Part shown: positions 17,290 to 26,913 of the stretch, one piece after another
Numbering within the stretch: the stretch's first letter is position 1
Layout of the letters: each line of letters begins with the position of its first letter
From: Gemmatimonadales bacterium
GTDB lineage: Bacteria; Gemmatimonadota; Gemmatimonadetes; Gemmatimonadales; GWC2-71-9
Assembly (NCBI GenBank): GCA_044866195.1
Contig: JBIOTT010000024.1
Span: forward strand, 4,849 to 68,848
Direction: 5' to 3'
DNA length: 64,000 nucleotides
The notes under the pieces: generated by a model
What the model was told of the DNA's origin: nothing
The model's database searches: none
What the model saw: only the letters and a program-made list of their open reading frames with translations
Translations under genes and position numbers: made by a program

Positions 17290-18396
17290 GTGAGGGCGAT
17301 TATCGTCTCCCGCCTCTATGGGGACGGGGCGACTCGGGGAAAGCTGCGCGCGCTCGCCGGCCTTGGCTGCACGATCGGCGCCGTGGTTCCGGCATCGTGG
17401 CAGCCGGCTCCGGGCGACCCCCCTCGAGCAACCACGTTCGGGGATGATGCCGGCGTTCGGATCTTCCCCGCCGCCGTTCGCGGCATCGACCCGGAGCTCA
17501 CCTGGGATGCGGCCGCGCTTCGGCGAGCACTGGCCGAGTTCCGCCCCGACGTGGTGCAGGTCGAGGAGGAGCCGTCGAGCCAGGTCGCCGCCGCCGTTCT
17601 TCGGGCCGCTCGCCGGCTCGACTTTAGGGTGACGGTCTTCTCCTGGGAAGGGCTCCCCGCCCGCCTCCCCTTGCTGGCGCGGTTGCGGCGCGATCGCGTG
17701 CTGCGCCATTCGGCCGGTCTCATTGGAGGAAACCGGCTCGCGCTCGACCTGCTCGGTCGGAACCAGGCTGGGCGGCCGACCACCGTGATCCCCCAGACCG
17801 GAGTGACCCCGCCCCTCGTGGCCGGGTCCTTAGCCAGACCAGGCCTCGCGATCGGATTCGTCGGCCGTCTGGTACCCGAGCGGGGCCTGGATCTGCTGTT
17901 TCGCGCCTGCGTCCAGCTGAGCGACGCCTGGTCGGTCCACGTCGCCGGCACGGGCCCCGCCCAGGAAGAGCTCGAAGGGCTCGCCGAGCGCCTCGGGATC
18001 GCCGCCCGGGTGACTTGGCACGGCGCGCTTTCCCGACCGGCCCTTGCCGCACTCTGGCCGGGGCTCGACTGCGCGGCCTTTCCGTCCCGCACGACCCCTC
18101 GCTGGATCGAAACCCGGGGCCGCACGGTCCTCGACGCGATGGCCAACGGGCTCGCGGTCGTCGTCAGCGCCTCGGGCGCCCTGCCCGAGGTGGTGGGGCC
18201 GGCGGGAAAGGTCGTTCCCGAGGAGGGAGTGGATCAGTTGGCGGAGGTCCTCCGCGCCTTTGCCCGGGACCCGGAGTCTCGGCACGCCCTCGGTGCGGAA
18301 GCCCGGCGCCGAGTGCTCGCGGAATACACCGACGAATCCATCGCCCAACGAACGTTGGCCTTCTGGCGAGCGGTGAGCGGAGGCGCAAACCCTTGA
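17290..18396 (+). CDS. Glycosyltransferase, GT4-like
   Basis: 368 aa with a GTG start. GT-B pattern with AAFPSRTTPRWIETRGRTVLDAMANGLAVV. Confidence 0.85.
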   Translation: MRAIIVSRLYGDGATRGKLRALAGLGCTIGAVVPASWQPAPGDPPRATTFGDDAGVRIFPAAVRGIDPELTWDAAALRRALAEFRPDVVQVEEEPSSQVAAAVLRAARRLDFRVTVFSWEGLPARLPLLARLRRDRVLRHSAGLIGGNRLALDLLGRNQAGRPTTVIPQTGVTPPLVAGSLARPGLAIGFVGRLVPERGLDLLFRACVQLSDAWSVHVAGTGPAQEELEGLAERLGIAARVTWHGALSRPALAALWPGLDCAAFPSRTTPRWIETRGRTVLDAMANGLAVVVSASGALPEVVGPAGKVVPEEGVDQLAEVLRAFARDPESRHALGAEARRRVLAEYTDESIAQRTLAFWRAVSGGANP

Positions 18397-21008
18397 CGCG
18401 GATTCACTTACCGGTGATGTTTCGGGCCCAAATGCCTCCCACGCCCCCTCGCCGCGGCCCGCGTTTTCCCCGCTGGGCCTTTGTTCTCGGCTTGCTCAGC
18501 ATCAGCACTCCAGTCGCCGCGCAGATTCCGGGACTTCCGCCGGGCGCGCACCCGAGCCCTCAGGAAGTCCAGACCCTACTCGAGACGCGGCCCGACCTCG
18601 TCGCACAGCTGCAGCAGCGAATCGCAGAATCCGGTCTCACTGCCGATCAGATTCACGCGCGCCTCAGGGCCGCCGGTTACCCTGAGGACCTGCTCGACGC
18701 CTACATCGGCGGCGCGGACACGACGACAGCCCTTCCCACACCAACGACCGGCCAGCTGGGCGCGCTCGGCGCGCTCGGACTTCTCACGCTCAGCGCCGAC
18801 ACCCTAGGCCAGCCGGATTCGCTCGATATGCTGGCCCCACCCAGCCGGCAGGCGGACTCACTCCGGGCTGATTCGCTGGCGGACTCCACGGCGGCAAGAG
18901 GTCGGCTCAAGCGCTTCGGCATCGATGTCTTTCGGCGCGCCAGCACCCGGTTCCAGGCGCTTCAGTCCGGCCCGGTCGATCGCAACTACCGGCTGGGCGC
19001 CGGCGACCTCCTCGTCCTGATCATGACCGGCGACGTCGAGTCCACCAGAACCTTGGAGGTCAACCGCGAGGGGTTCATCGTCCTCCCTCAGGTAGGCCAG
19101 GTGTACGTTGCCAACCTGACGCTCGGTCAACTCGAGGACGAGCTCTACACCCGACTCCGACGAGTGTACTCCGGCGTACGCCGCGGTCCCAACCCCCGGA
19201 CCCGCTTTTCGATCACGGTGGCTCGCCTCCGCAACATTCAGGTGTACGTCGTGGGAGACGTGGTCCGTCCTGGAGCGTATCAGATCTCGGCGGCCGGCAC
19301 CGTGCTTACTGGACTCTATGCCGCGGGCGGCCCGACCGAGAACGGCGGTTTCCGGCGGATCGAAGTCCGCCGGGGTGGGACTCTGGTCGACTCGGCGGAC
19401 GTGTACGACTATCTCCTGCGCGGCATCAGCCGGACCGATGTTCACTTGGAGCCCGGTGACGTGATCTTTGTGCCGACCCGCGGACCCCTGGTGGCGGTTA
19501 CCGGCCGAGTGGTGCGGCCCGCAATCTACGAGATCAAGCCGGCCGAGACGCTGCGCGACGTGGTGGCCGCGGCGGGTGGCCTCGATGCCAGCGCCGTGGA
19601 AGGCAGAATCCAGATCAACCGGATTCTCGCCCGCCCGGCAGGCGAGTCCGGCGGCCAGCAGCGGGTCGTGATCGACGTCGCCAATGCGGGGGTTCCATCC
19701 GCCGAGATTCCGGCCTTCCCGCTCATGCCTGGGGACTCGATCCAAGTGTTCGAAGTGCCGGCGCATGTGCGTGCTTTTGTCAGCGTGAGAGGTAACGTGT
19801 TGCTCCCCGGAAAGGTCGGGTTCACCGAGGGGATGAAGCTGAGCGACGCCGTGCGTCTCGCCGGGGGGCCCAAACCAGATGTCTACCTGGGCCGGATCCT
19901 GGTGTCCCGTCTTCGCCCCGATTCGAGCCGGGTGCAGCTCCACTCTGCCTTTGCCGACACCGTCGGGCGAGTGACCGAGGATCTGGTGCTCCAGGACGGT
20001 GACGACATCCATGTGTTCTCGCGCTCGACCTTCCGAGCGCAACCGTGGATCACTATCGTCGGGGCGGTGCGGCACTCGGGGCGCGTGCCCTACCGGGAAA
20101 ACCTCACGCTGCGAGACGCCGTTCTGCTGGCCGACGGGCTTACCGAGGATGCCGTGCTCGACTCGGTGGAGATCGCGCGGCTTCCGCTGGACCGGCCCAC
20201 GGGCGCGCTGGCGCAGACCCTCCACGTGTCGCTCGATTCGAGCTACGCTGTAACCCAATCGGGTTCGAACGGGCTGCCGAAGCCGGGGCAGGATGTCGTG
20301 CTCCAGCCCTACGACAATGTCCTGATCCAGCGCCGTCCGGGATGGGATCTCCAGAGACTGGTCTCAATCACGGGGCAGGTCGAGCGACCTGGTCGCTATG
20401 CTCTCACCAGCAAGACCGAGCGCCTGTCCGACCTCCTCGGCCGCGCTGGAGGCCTGACGACTGAAGCCTACGCCGGGGGCATCCAGTTCTATCGGCGATC
20501 CGAGACCGCGCGGCCGGTCGCGCAACCGGCCGACCCCAAGGTTCCGATCCAGCCGCTGCCGCCCGGATTCGCCGCGCGGGTGGGCGTGGACCTCCCTGCC
20601 GTGCTCAAGAATCCTCGGTTCCGCGACAACCTCATCCTCACGGGGGGCGACTCGATCTTCATCCCGGAGTTCAATCCGCTGGTGCAGGTTCAGGGCTCGG
20701 TGAATGCGCCCGGACCGGTCGCATACACGCCGGGAAAGGACCTGGACTGGTACGTTGGGGCGGCGGGCGGCTACGCCCAGAAGAGCGACCGGGGCCGGGC
20801 GTTCCTCACTCAGCCTGACGGCAAGCGGCAGGTGGTGCATCGCCGATTCTTCTTCAGCGACGACGTGCCCGCGCCGCGGGCCGGCGCCGTGATCACAGTC
20901 CCCGAGCGGACCGGAGGCCAGCCAGGAAGCAATACGGCGACGGTCCTGGGCGTGCTGGGCTCGGTACTGGCCAGCCTTACGACGGTGATCGTGGTGCTCA
21001 AGCGGTGA
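18393..21008 (+). CDS. Large polysaccharide export protein (Poly_export domain plus multiple SLBB domains, C-terminal TM helix)
   Basis: YRLGAGDLLVLIMTGD...NREGFIVLPQVGQVYVANLTLGQLEDELYTRL (Wza-type), with repeated (Y/I)xLxPGDxIxVP SLBB-like units. The start is TTG 18393 or ATG 18417, after the upstream GT stop. The track start at 18015 was rejected. Confidence 0.85.
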   Translation: MTRIHLPVMFRAQMPPTPPRRGPRFPRWAFVLGLLSISTPVAAQIPGLPPGAHPSPQEVQTLLETRPDLVAQLQQRIAESGLTADQIHARLRAAGYPEDLLDAYIGGADTTTALPTPTTGQLGALGALGLLTLSADTLGQPDSLDMLAPPSRQADSLRADSLADSTAARGRLKRFGIDVFRRASTRFQALQSGPVDRNYRLGAGDLLVLIMTGDVESTRTLEVNREGFIVLPQVGQVYVANLTLGQLEDELYTRLRRVYSGVRRGPNPRTRFSITVARLRNIQVYVVGDVVRPGAYQISAAGTVLTGLYAAGGPTENGGFRRIEVRRGGTLVDSADVYDYLLRGISRTDVHLEPGDVIFVPTRGPLVAVTGRVVRPAIYEIKPAETLRDVVAAAGGLDASAVEGRIQINRILARPAGESGGQQRVVIDVANAGVPSAEIPAFPLMPGDSIQVFEVPAHVRAFVSVRGNVLLPGKVGFTEGMKLSDAVRLAGGPKPDVYLGRILVSRLRPDSSRVQLHSAFADTVGRVTEDLVLQDGDDIHVFSRSTFRAQPWITIVGAVRHSGRVPYRENLTLRDAVLLADGLTEDAVLDSVEIARLPLDRPTGALAQTLHVSLDSSYAVTQSGSNGLPKPGQDVVLQPYDNVLIQRRPGWDLQRLVSITGQVERPGRYALTSKTERLSDLLGRAGGLTTEAYAGGIQFYRRSETARPVAQPADPKVPIQPLPPGFAARVGVDLPAVLKNPRFRDNLILTGGDSIFIPEFNPLVQVQGSVNAPGPVAYTPGKDLDWYVGAAGGYAQKSDRGRAFLTQPDGKRQVVHRRFFFSDDVPAPRAGAVITVPERTGGQPGSNTATVLGVLGSVLASLTTVIVVLKR

Positions 21009-21033
21009 CCACCGACCCCTGAGCCGCGTTCAG

Positions 21034-21843
21034 GTGTTCTTCGAGTGGGCACGAACGGCCGCAATCGCCGTGCGAAACCTCGTTCTCGGTTCTAATCTCG
21101 CCAGCTCACGGCTCGCCACGCGACCGCGGGCCCTGGTTGCCTACAACTCTGAAGCACTCTTCCTGCTGAACGCGATGGAGAAACATCGCGGGCTGCCGGA
21201 GCGCCACATTCTTGAAGCTCTTCCTCCAAACGGTCCGGTGACCCTCGAGCTCAGCGGTCACATCGACCCGTTGTGGTTCCGAACCGTGGGGTCGTATCTG
21301 TCCGATTTCGTTGGACTCTGCCTTCTCTGCCGACTGCTGCGGCCGCGCGTGGTGTTCGAGATCGGCACGTTCAACGGCTACAGCGCGTTCCACTTTGCCC
21401 TGAACACGCCAGCCGACTCCGAGATCTACACCCTGGACCTTCCGCCGGGCAGGCTCGAGCTCAAGCTCAGCGCCACGGTCACCGACCTGGAACACGCGCG
21501 ACACGGTGTTGCGGCGACGACCTACGCGTTCACGGGGACCGAGGTCGAGCGTAAGATCCGCACGCTCAAAGGCGACTCGGCGACCTTCGACTTCTCTCCC
21601 TGGCACCGTGGGGTGGACCTGTTCTTCATCGATGGCGCCCACAGTTACGACTACGTGCGTTCGGACTCCGAGCGGGCGCTCCAATGCGTCCGACCGGGAG
21701 GAGCGATTGCCTGGCATGACTTCGGGCGCACGGGCGTCAACGGAGTCCGACGCTATCTCCGACAGTTGGCCGGAACCGGGGTCAAGATCAATGTGCTGCC
21801 GGGAGGCTCGCTGGCGTATGCTGTGGGTGTGAACGCGGATTAG
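21034..21843 (+). CDS. Class I SAM-dependent methyltransferase (Methyltransf_24-like)
   Basis: VVFEIGTFNGYSAFHFAL, DLFFIDGAHSYDYV and GGAIAWHDF. Start uncertain. Confidence 0.75.
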   Translation: MFFEWARTAAIAVRNLVLGSNLASSRLATRPRALVAYNSEALFLLNAMEKHRGLPERHILEALPPNGPVTLELSGHIDPLWFRTVGSYLSDFVGLCLLCRLLRPRVVFEIGTFNGYSAFHFALNTPADSEIYTLDLPPGRLELKLSATVTDLEHARHGVAATTYAFTGTEVERKIRTLKGDSATFDFSPWHRGVDLFFIDGAHSYDYVRSDSERALQCVRPGGAIAWHDFGRTGVNGVRRYLRQLAGTGVKINVLPGGSLAYAVGVNAD

Positions 21844-21848
21844 TAGAT

Positions 21849-22970
21849 CTACCCGACCGGCGTCGGCGCCAGCCCGCCAACCGGCAGCCGGTCCGCTCTC
21901 GGCGCTGTCATCGGCCGGGCCTCGTACGCGGCTGCCATCCCCAAGCCGAGGACCAGGCCTGCTACAAAGCCCGGGCCCTTCACCCAGCCGACGTCGAACA
22001 GCCCGTGGAGGTTGAACAGCCAGAAGCACGCGATGCCTGGGATGGTAAGCACTCCGAAGCGCCGCCAAACCCACCCGAACAGGAGCGCCACCACGAGCAG
22101 TCCAAGCAGTCCATAGTCATGCCAGAACTGCAAGATGATGTTGTGCGCCCCTTCCGTGGGCCTGTCCGCGAAGGGCAGCCTCCACGCGAACGTGGCCGGC
22201 CCGTTGCCAAACAAGAGAGTCCGCGGAGAGGCGTCGATTTCCTGCCAGGCCTGGCGCCAGGTGAGCAGGCGAAACGCAGCCGTTCGCAAGGAAGACTCGT
22301 AGTCGAACTTGAGCGCTTCCCAGATCACGCCGGCCAACACGGCCGGCGCCCCCGCCACGAAGAGCCACCGGGCCCACAGCCCGACCGCGAATAAGAGGCT
22401 CAGCGCAATAGCCGTTTTACTTCCGATGATCAGGAGCGCGATCATTGCGGTGAAGAACGCGGCAAGCTGTACGAGGGCATTCCTCCGTGCACTCGCGAAG
22501 GTGTACAAGAAGAGCATCTCGTAGATCGCTCCCACGCCGTTCTTCTGCATCCCGGGAACGAATATCACGTCCCGTTGCAGATCGATCCCGGCGCCAAGGC
22601 CGTACACCAACGTGGAGAGCGAGAAAGCCCAGAACGACCAGATGACGCCCCGTTCCATTTGCCGAAGGGCCCCAGGCTGGTCGACAGCGAGGCTCACGAC
22701 GATCGAGGGAACCGCAACCAGAAACGTGATCGTGCCCAGCAGGTTTGAGACCCGATAGGCCCCTGCCCACGTCAACGATTCTGCCAGTGCGAGCGCGCCG
22801 AACAGCAGGAGAAAGCGCCACAGTCTCGGTACCAAGGCCAGTCCCTGGCCTGATGCCGCACGACTGAGCAGCAGAGCCGTCCAAGGTAGAAGGATTAGAC
22901 CGATCGGGACAAAGCCGAGAGCCTGGCTCAGGAATGAGGCGGCGATAAACCCGACGATGCTGATGGCCAT
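21849..22970 (-). CDS. O-antigen ligase/polymerase-like (Wzy-type) polytopic membrane protein
   Basis: 373 aa with about 10 hydrophobic segments. The call rests on position in the polysaccharide operon and on O-antigen-ligase-like topology, not on a specific motif. Confidence 0.6.
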   Translation of the reverse strand: MAISIVGFIAASFLSQALGFVPIGLILLPWTALLLSRAASGQGLALVPRLWRFLLLFGALALAESLTWAGAYRVSNLLGTITFLVAVPSIVVSLAVDQPGALRQMERGVIWSFWAFSLSTLVYGLGAGIDLQRDVIFVPGMQKNGVGAIYEMLFLYTFASARRNALVQLAAFFTAMIALLIIGSKTAIALSLLFAVGLWARWLFVAGAPAVLAGVIWEALKFDYESSLRTAAFRLLTWRQAWQEIDASPRTLLFGNGPATFAWRLPFADRPTEGAHNIILQFWHDYGLLGLLVVALLFGWVWRRFGVLTIPGIACFWLFNLHGLFDVGWVKGPGFVAGLVLGLGMAAAYEARPMTAPRADRLPVGGLAPTPVG

Positions 22971-22976
22971 GACGAA

Positions 22977-24077
22977 TCAGACGCCTGGGTCAGCCCCAGC
23001 AAACCTCGCACGAGCCCGTGCCGCACGGCTGATGGTCACTCGCGCCCGGCGCCCGGCTTCCCAGGCGGTGACGACCAGGAAGCCCAACAGCAACCCACAG
23101 CCGACCCCAATCAAGACAATCAGCCACGGCCGGGGGTGGCTCCGACGCGCCGGCGGCTCCGCTTGATCGATGACGGTGAGCGTCGGCACGTCCTTCGCCT
23201 CGGCTATACGCGCCTCCTCGTAGGATCGTGAAAGCGTGGTATAGACGGTTTGCTTGGTCTCGACTGCTCGCTGGAGACGCGCCGACTCCACTTGCAGCGC
23301 CGGCGAATTTAGGATCGACCGGTTGCGCTCGGCGAACGCTGCCTGATCCTGCTCGGCCTTCCGGAGCTCGCGCTCTGCATCCTGCATCGCATGCTCCGAG
23401 TAGATCCGCTGCTGCCGGGACTGAAATTGCAGCCGGTTCAGATTGAACGCATTCAGGAGCTCGATCATGCGGCGCGCTACCGCAGCAGCCAGCTCGGGCC
23501 GTGGGAGCGTGACATGGACGTCGATGATACTGCTCTTCAGGGCAACCGAAATCGAGGTCCGACGCTTGAGGTATCTCACGCCCTTGTCAAGCCGCAACGC
23601 TTCGGTCCGGCCGGTAATGTCTAGCTGGTCCAGGAGCCGCTCTGTACGGCTGGAGTCTCCGTTTACTGGAAAGCGGGTCTTCAACAGGTCTTCCCGTAGC
23701 TCCCGGCTCTGGAGCAGATCCGTGTAGAAATCAGGCGGCATTTGCGTGCCGCCACTCAGCGAGCCGCCCAAGTCGGCCATGCCCGCCAACCCGGCGAGGC
23801 CGGCGAGTCCCGAGATCAGTGAAGTACTTGTGGAACCTACGCCCACGAGCCGCGTCTCCGACGTATACCGCGGCGGGAGCACGACAGCCAGTATCAGCCC
23901 AGCAACAAGCCCGAGACCCGTGACCATTCCCAGCACTTTGCGACGCTCGACCACCGCCGCCATCAGGTCCGCAAACCCGACGACCTCCACTGGTTCACCC
24001 AGGGAATCCGCCAGTGGTGGCTGCATGCGTCCTGGTCTGTCAGCGACGCCGGATTCCAGCTGTTCAATCGTTGCCAT
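22977..24077 (-). CDS. Polysaccharide chain-length determinant (Wzz/PCP) protein without a kinase domain
   Basis: N-terminal TM (LGMVTGLGLVAGLILAVVLPPRYTSETRL), a long coiled-coil region and a C-terminal TM (PWLIVLIGVGCGLLLGFLVV). Confidence 0.75.
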   Translation of the reverse strand: MATIEQLESGVADRPGRMQPPLADSLGEPVEVVGFADLMAAVVERRKVLGMVTGLGLVAGLILAVVLPPRYTSETRLVGVGSTSTSLISGLAGLAGLAGMADLGGSLSGGTQMPPDFYTDLLQSRELREDLLKTRFPVNGDSSRTERLLDQLDITGRTEALRLDKGVRYLKRRTSISVALKSSIIDVHVTLPRPELAAAVARRMIELLNAFNLNRLQFQSRQQRIYSEHAMQDAERELRKAEQDQAAFAERNRSILNSPALQVESARLQRAVETKQTVYTTLSRSYEEARIAEAKDVPTLTVIDQAEPPARRSHPRPWLIVLIGVGCGLLLGFLVVTAWEAGRRARVTISRAARARARFAGADPGV

Positions 24078-24088
24078 CTGAATTCACC

Positions 24089-25636
24089 TCACGCCTCGCG
24101 GCATTGGCCGGCGAAGGGCATGTTCCACCGTGAGCCCCCTGGGGTCGGCTGGATATCGCACCGCACGCGGCGCAGGGGCCCGCCGGGCACGGTCCTACGA
24201 CAATCCAGCGATCCGGCGGCTGTAGCGACCGACCGGTAGCGGTCCGCCGCCGGCTTTGCCATGAGGGGAGCAAAGTGTGGGGTAGCCCAGGCGGGCGTAA
24301 ATAACCCGGTTTCGATCCCCGAGTGCGGCACATCGAACAACGTAAACCAGAAAGCCGGCGCCCTGGTCCCGAGCTGAGCGAGACACTGGTATGCCATATC
24401 GAGTCCATCCGCCGCGTACGCCCAGTACCGGGCACGCAGCGAATCGGACCGCTCCGCGACGGAAATACGGGCCACGGGCGAGCCGAACCCGACTTCCGTC
24501 ACCCATATGGGGATCGTACGCCCGGTGCCAAGGTGTTGGTCCGACAACCGCCCGGTCATGTCCTGGAAGGCAGCCACATACCGGCCGAAGTTTTCCCATG
24601 GGTTTCGCCCAGGCTCCGGAGTGTCCTGTTGGACGTAAAGGTGCAGCCCCCAGCCCTCCATGGGAAAGCGGTGGTAGCGTTTGACGATCATCTCCCAGCC
24701 TGCGTGCGAAAACCCGGCATCCACCAGCGCCTGGAGATAGACGCCTGCGGAGTTGTAAAACAACGCGGCATTCCGCGCCGGACTCGAAGGACCGTCATTC
24801 CAACGGTTCATTGCGAGCAGCCCACCGGACACCGTTTTGAGCCGGGGCGCCCCCGCCTTCTCTGCCGCCCGCGCCGCGCGAAATGTCCGCCTCAGGAGCT
24901 GGGCGAAGTTCGAGGGATAGATGAACGACCCGCCTGGGAGCTTGCCGGCGTTGATGTCCTCTGGGGTTAGCACGAATGCATTGCGCTGGGTCCACACGTC
25001 CGGCTCGTTTCCAATCTCCCAGACCCGAATGCGATCGGCAAACCGTCGCAGCAACGCCGGGAAGACCACGCTCCCCAGGTTGGCTATGTACGCGTTATCG
25101 CCGTCTCCACCAGCCACTTCGGCACTATTGGCGAGCTGCTCCGCCTGCGGCGCCACGACGGTCGCGTTCGAGATGAGGCCAAGCACCTGAATATTTCGGG
25201 CACGAAGCGTGTCGAGCGCTCGGTCGTATGCCGCGAGCAACGACTCGTCCCAGCCCAGATCTTCCGCCGAACACTCCAACTGACATGCCGGGGGCAGTCC
25301 CAGAGCTTCGCGGCGCCGATGGGCCCGTTCAACGGCCTTGGGCGGCACCCTAAACTCGAATCGATACCAACGGGCGCGCAAAGCGACAATCGCCGGCAGA
25401 ATGCCCGGGTACTGATCGAACATCACTCGATAACCTGAGTCCGCGCCGGGAGCGTCGTCCAGCACCCACCCGCTTTGGATGCCCTTGATCTGGAGAGGTC
25501 CCGGAGAGAGCTCGGCGGGCCGGCAGGAGATCCCAATCAGGCTCAGCCCGAGCCCGAGGAAAAGCTTGAGGGTGCGAACTGCGGGCGAACCGCTTGGCGC
25601 GGTGCCTGCGGAGAGCCGCCTGCGATTCCCGGACAT
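24089..25636 (-). CDS. Clan GH-A (TIM-barrel) glycoside hydrolase, probable lipoprotein
   Basis: Candidate acid/base motif VWEIGNEPD and nucleophile motif IWVTEVGF. Start re-picked at ATG 25636, giving MSGNRRR...LGLSLIGISC. Confidence 0.6.
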   Translation of the reverse strand: MSGNRRRLSAGTAPSGSPAVRTLKLFLGLGLSLIGISCRPAELSPGPLQIKGIQSGWVLDDAPGADSGYRVMFDQYPGILPAIVALRARWYRFEFRVPPKAVERAHRRREALGLPPACQLECSAEDLGWDESLLAAYDRALDTLRARNIQVLGLISNATVVAPQAEQLANSAEVAGGDGDNAYIANLGSVVFPALLRRFADRIRVWEIGNEPDVWTQRNAFVLTPEDINAGKLPGGSFIYPSNFAQLLRRTFRAARAAEKAGAPRLKTVSGGLLAMNRWNDGPSSPARNAALFYNSAGVYLQALVDAGFSHAGWEMIVKRYHRFPMEGWGLHLYVQQDTPEPGRNPWENFGRYVAAFQDMTGRLSDQHLGTGRTIPIWVTEVGFGSPVARISVAERSDSLRARYWAYAADGLDMAYQCLAQLGTRAPAFWFTLFDVPHSGIETGLFTPAWATPHFAPLMAKPAADRYRSVATAAGSLDCRRTVPGGPLRRVRCDIQPTPGGSRWNMPFAGQCREA

Positions 25637-25720
25637 GGAGATCCCAAGGTGAGAACCGGTGAACAGCTGGCAATCTCGGTGCCACGATGAGTTCGGGCCT
25701 GTGGCGTCCAACGTGTAGCA

Positions 25721-26869
25721 TCAGCCGACCACCGTCTCACGGAGCGCCCGCAGTTGCTCCATTCGCCGGGTCCAGGAGAAGTCTTCCGCGAATGCCCGGC
25801 GGCGCGCCGCCATCTCCCCGCTCCGCACGCTCAGGCACCTCTCAACTGCCGCGACGAATCCATCGGCATCATCGGCCAGCGCCAGCCAGTCCACGTATGC
25901 GCCGAGCGCCGGGACCGGCCGACCAACGACCGGCTTCCCCCGCAGCAGATACTCGAAGAACTTGAGCGGGAAGCTCGCGTCCATCACCTTGTGCCTCGCC
26001 GACGGCAGCAGTCCCACTTCGAATCGGTCAATCACGGCCGGCGCCAGCCGATGGGGCACCTCCCCCAGCCAATGCACGTTGGCTGGCGAGGTCGATGCGC
26101 TGACGGCCGCCTGAACGTCCCCTCGATTGGTCGGCCCCACCAGCGCGAGCGTCCAGTCGGGCCGCAGCCGAGCGATACCCTCGATCAGCGCCATGTCCAC
26201 CTTGTACGCAGCCAGGTTGCCTAGATAGCCCAGCCGCGGGCGGGGAAGCGCGTCCAGCGCGTCGAGAACGGGATGCCGTAGGCCGGCGGCCTCTTGCCCG
26301 AAGAGCTCCGTGTCGGCGACGTTGGGGAGCACTTCCACCCGCCGCGCCACTGTTCGAAGCCGGGCCGCCAGCGGCTCACCGGTCGCGATGGTGAGACCTG
26401 CAAGGCCGGCTAGCGCAGCTTCCATCCGCCGGACTGCCTCGGCATCGACCCCTGGGTTGGCCGCGTAGTCGTCCACGCAGTAGTAGATCAGGCCACGGGG
26501 CCTGACCGCTGTCGCGGTGCCGAGGCCCATCGGGTGGAACATCCAGCACGCATCCACCGGCCATCCCCGGGCCGCGAGCACCGCCCGTACCTGCAGCCCC
26601 ACCCATCGGCTGTTGAGCTCCGCGCCCCGACCGTACGCCGGAAGCGGCAGCGGGGAGTAGATCCAGAGTTGCGGACCCGCTCGGCGCAGCGGCCGGGCCG
26701 ATCGCCAGAGCCGCGGCACGATACGTCGCCACTCGTGCATTCGCGGCGGTCGAGCTCCGACCGATTCGACGTAGAGCACCGGTCGCTCCGCCGCGAGCCG
26801 CTGGGTGAGGTGGTGACAGTTCACCCGCGATTCGGTAAACCAGAGCGCGGATCCGTACACCAGGTCCAC
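25721..26869 (-). CDS. Glycosyltransferase (GT-B, TuaH/GT4-like)
   Basis: 382 aa with a GTG start. Assigned by operon context and general GT-B features. Weaker motif support than the other GTs. Confidence 0.6.
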   Translation of the reverse strand: MDLVYGSALWFTESRVNCHHLTQRLAAERPVLYVESVGARPPRMHEWRRIVPRLWRSARPLRRAGPQLWIYSPLPLPAYGRGAELNSRWVGLQVRAVLAARGWPVDACWMFHPMGLGTATAVRPRGLIYYCVDDYAANPGVDAEAVRRMEAALAGLAGLTIATGEPLAARLRTVARRVEVLPNVADTELFGQEAAGLRHPVLDALDALPRPRLGYLGNLAAYKVDMALIEGIARLRPDWTLALVGPTNRGDVQAAVSASTSPANVHWLGEVPHRLAPAVIDRFEVGLLPSARHKVMDASFPLKFFEYLLRGKPVVGRPVPALGAYVDWLALADDADGFVAAVERCLSVRSGEMAARRRAFAEDFSWTRRMEQLRALRETVVG

Positions 26870-26913
26870 GACTCACCCGATCGCAGTTGGCGCGACGCGA
26901 GGCGGGCACCCCA

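Noticed and set aside
18015-18392. N-terminal 126-aa extension of the export protein proposed by the ORF track
   Set aside because: It overlaps the 3' part of the GT4 gene 17290..18396 in another frame. A signal-peptide-like N-terminus begins only after the GT4 stop.
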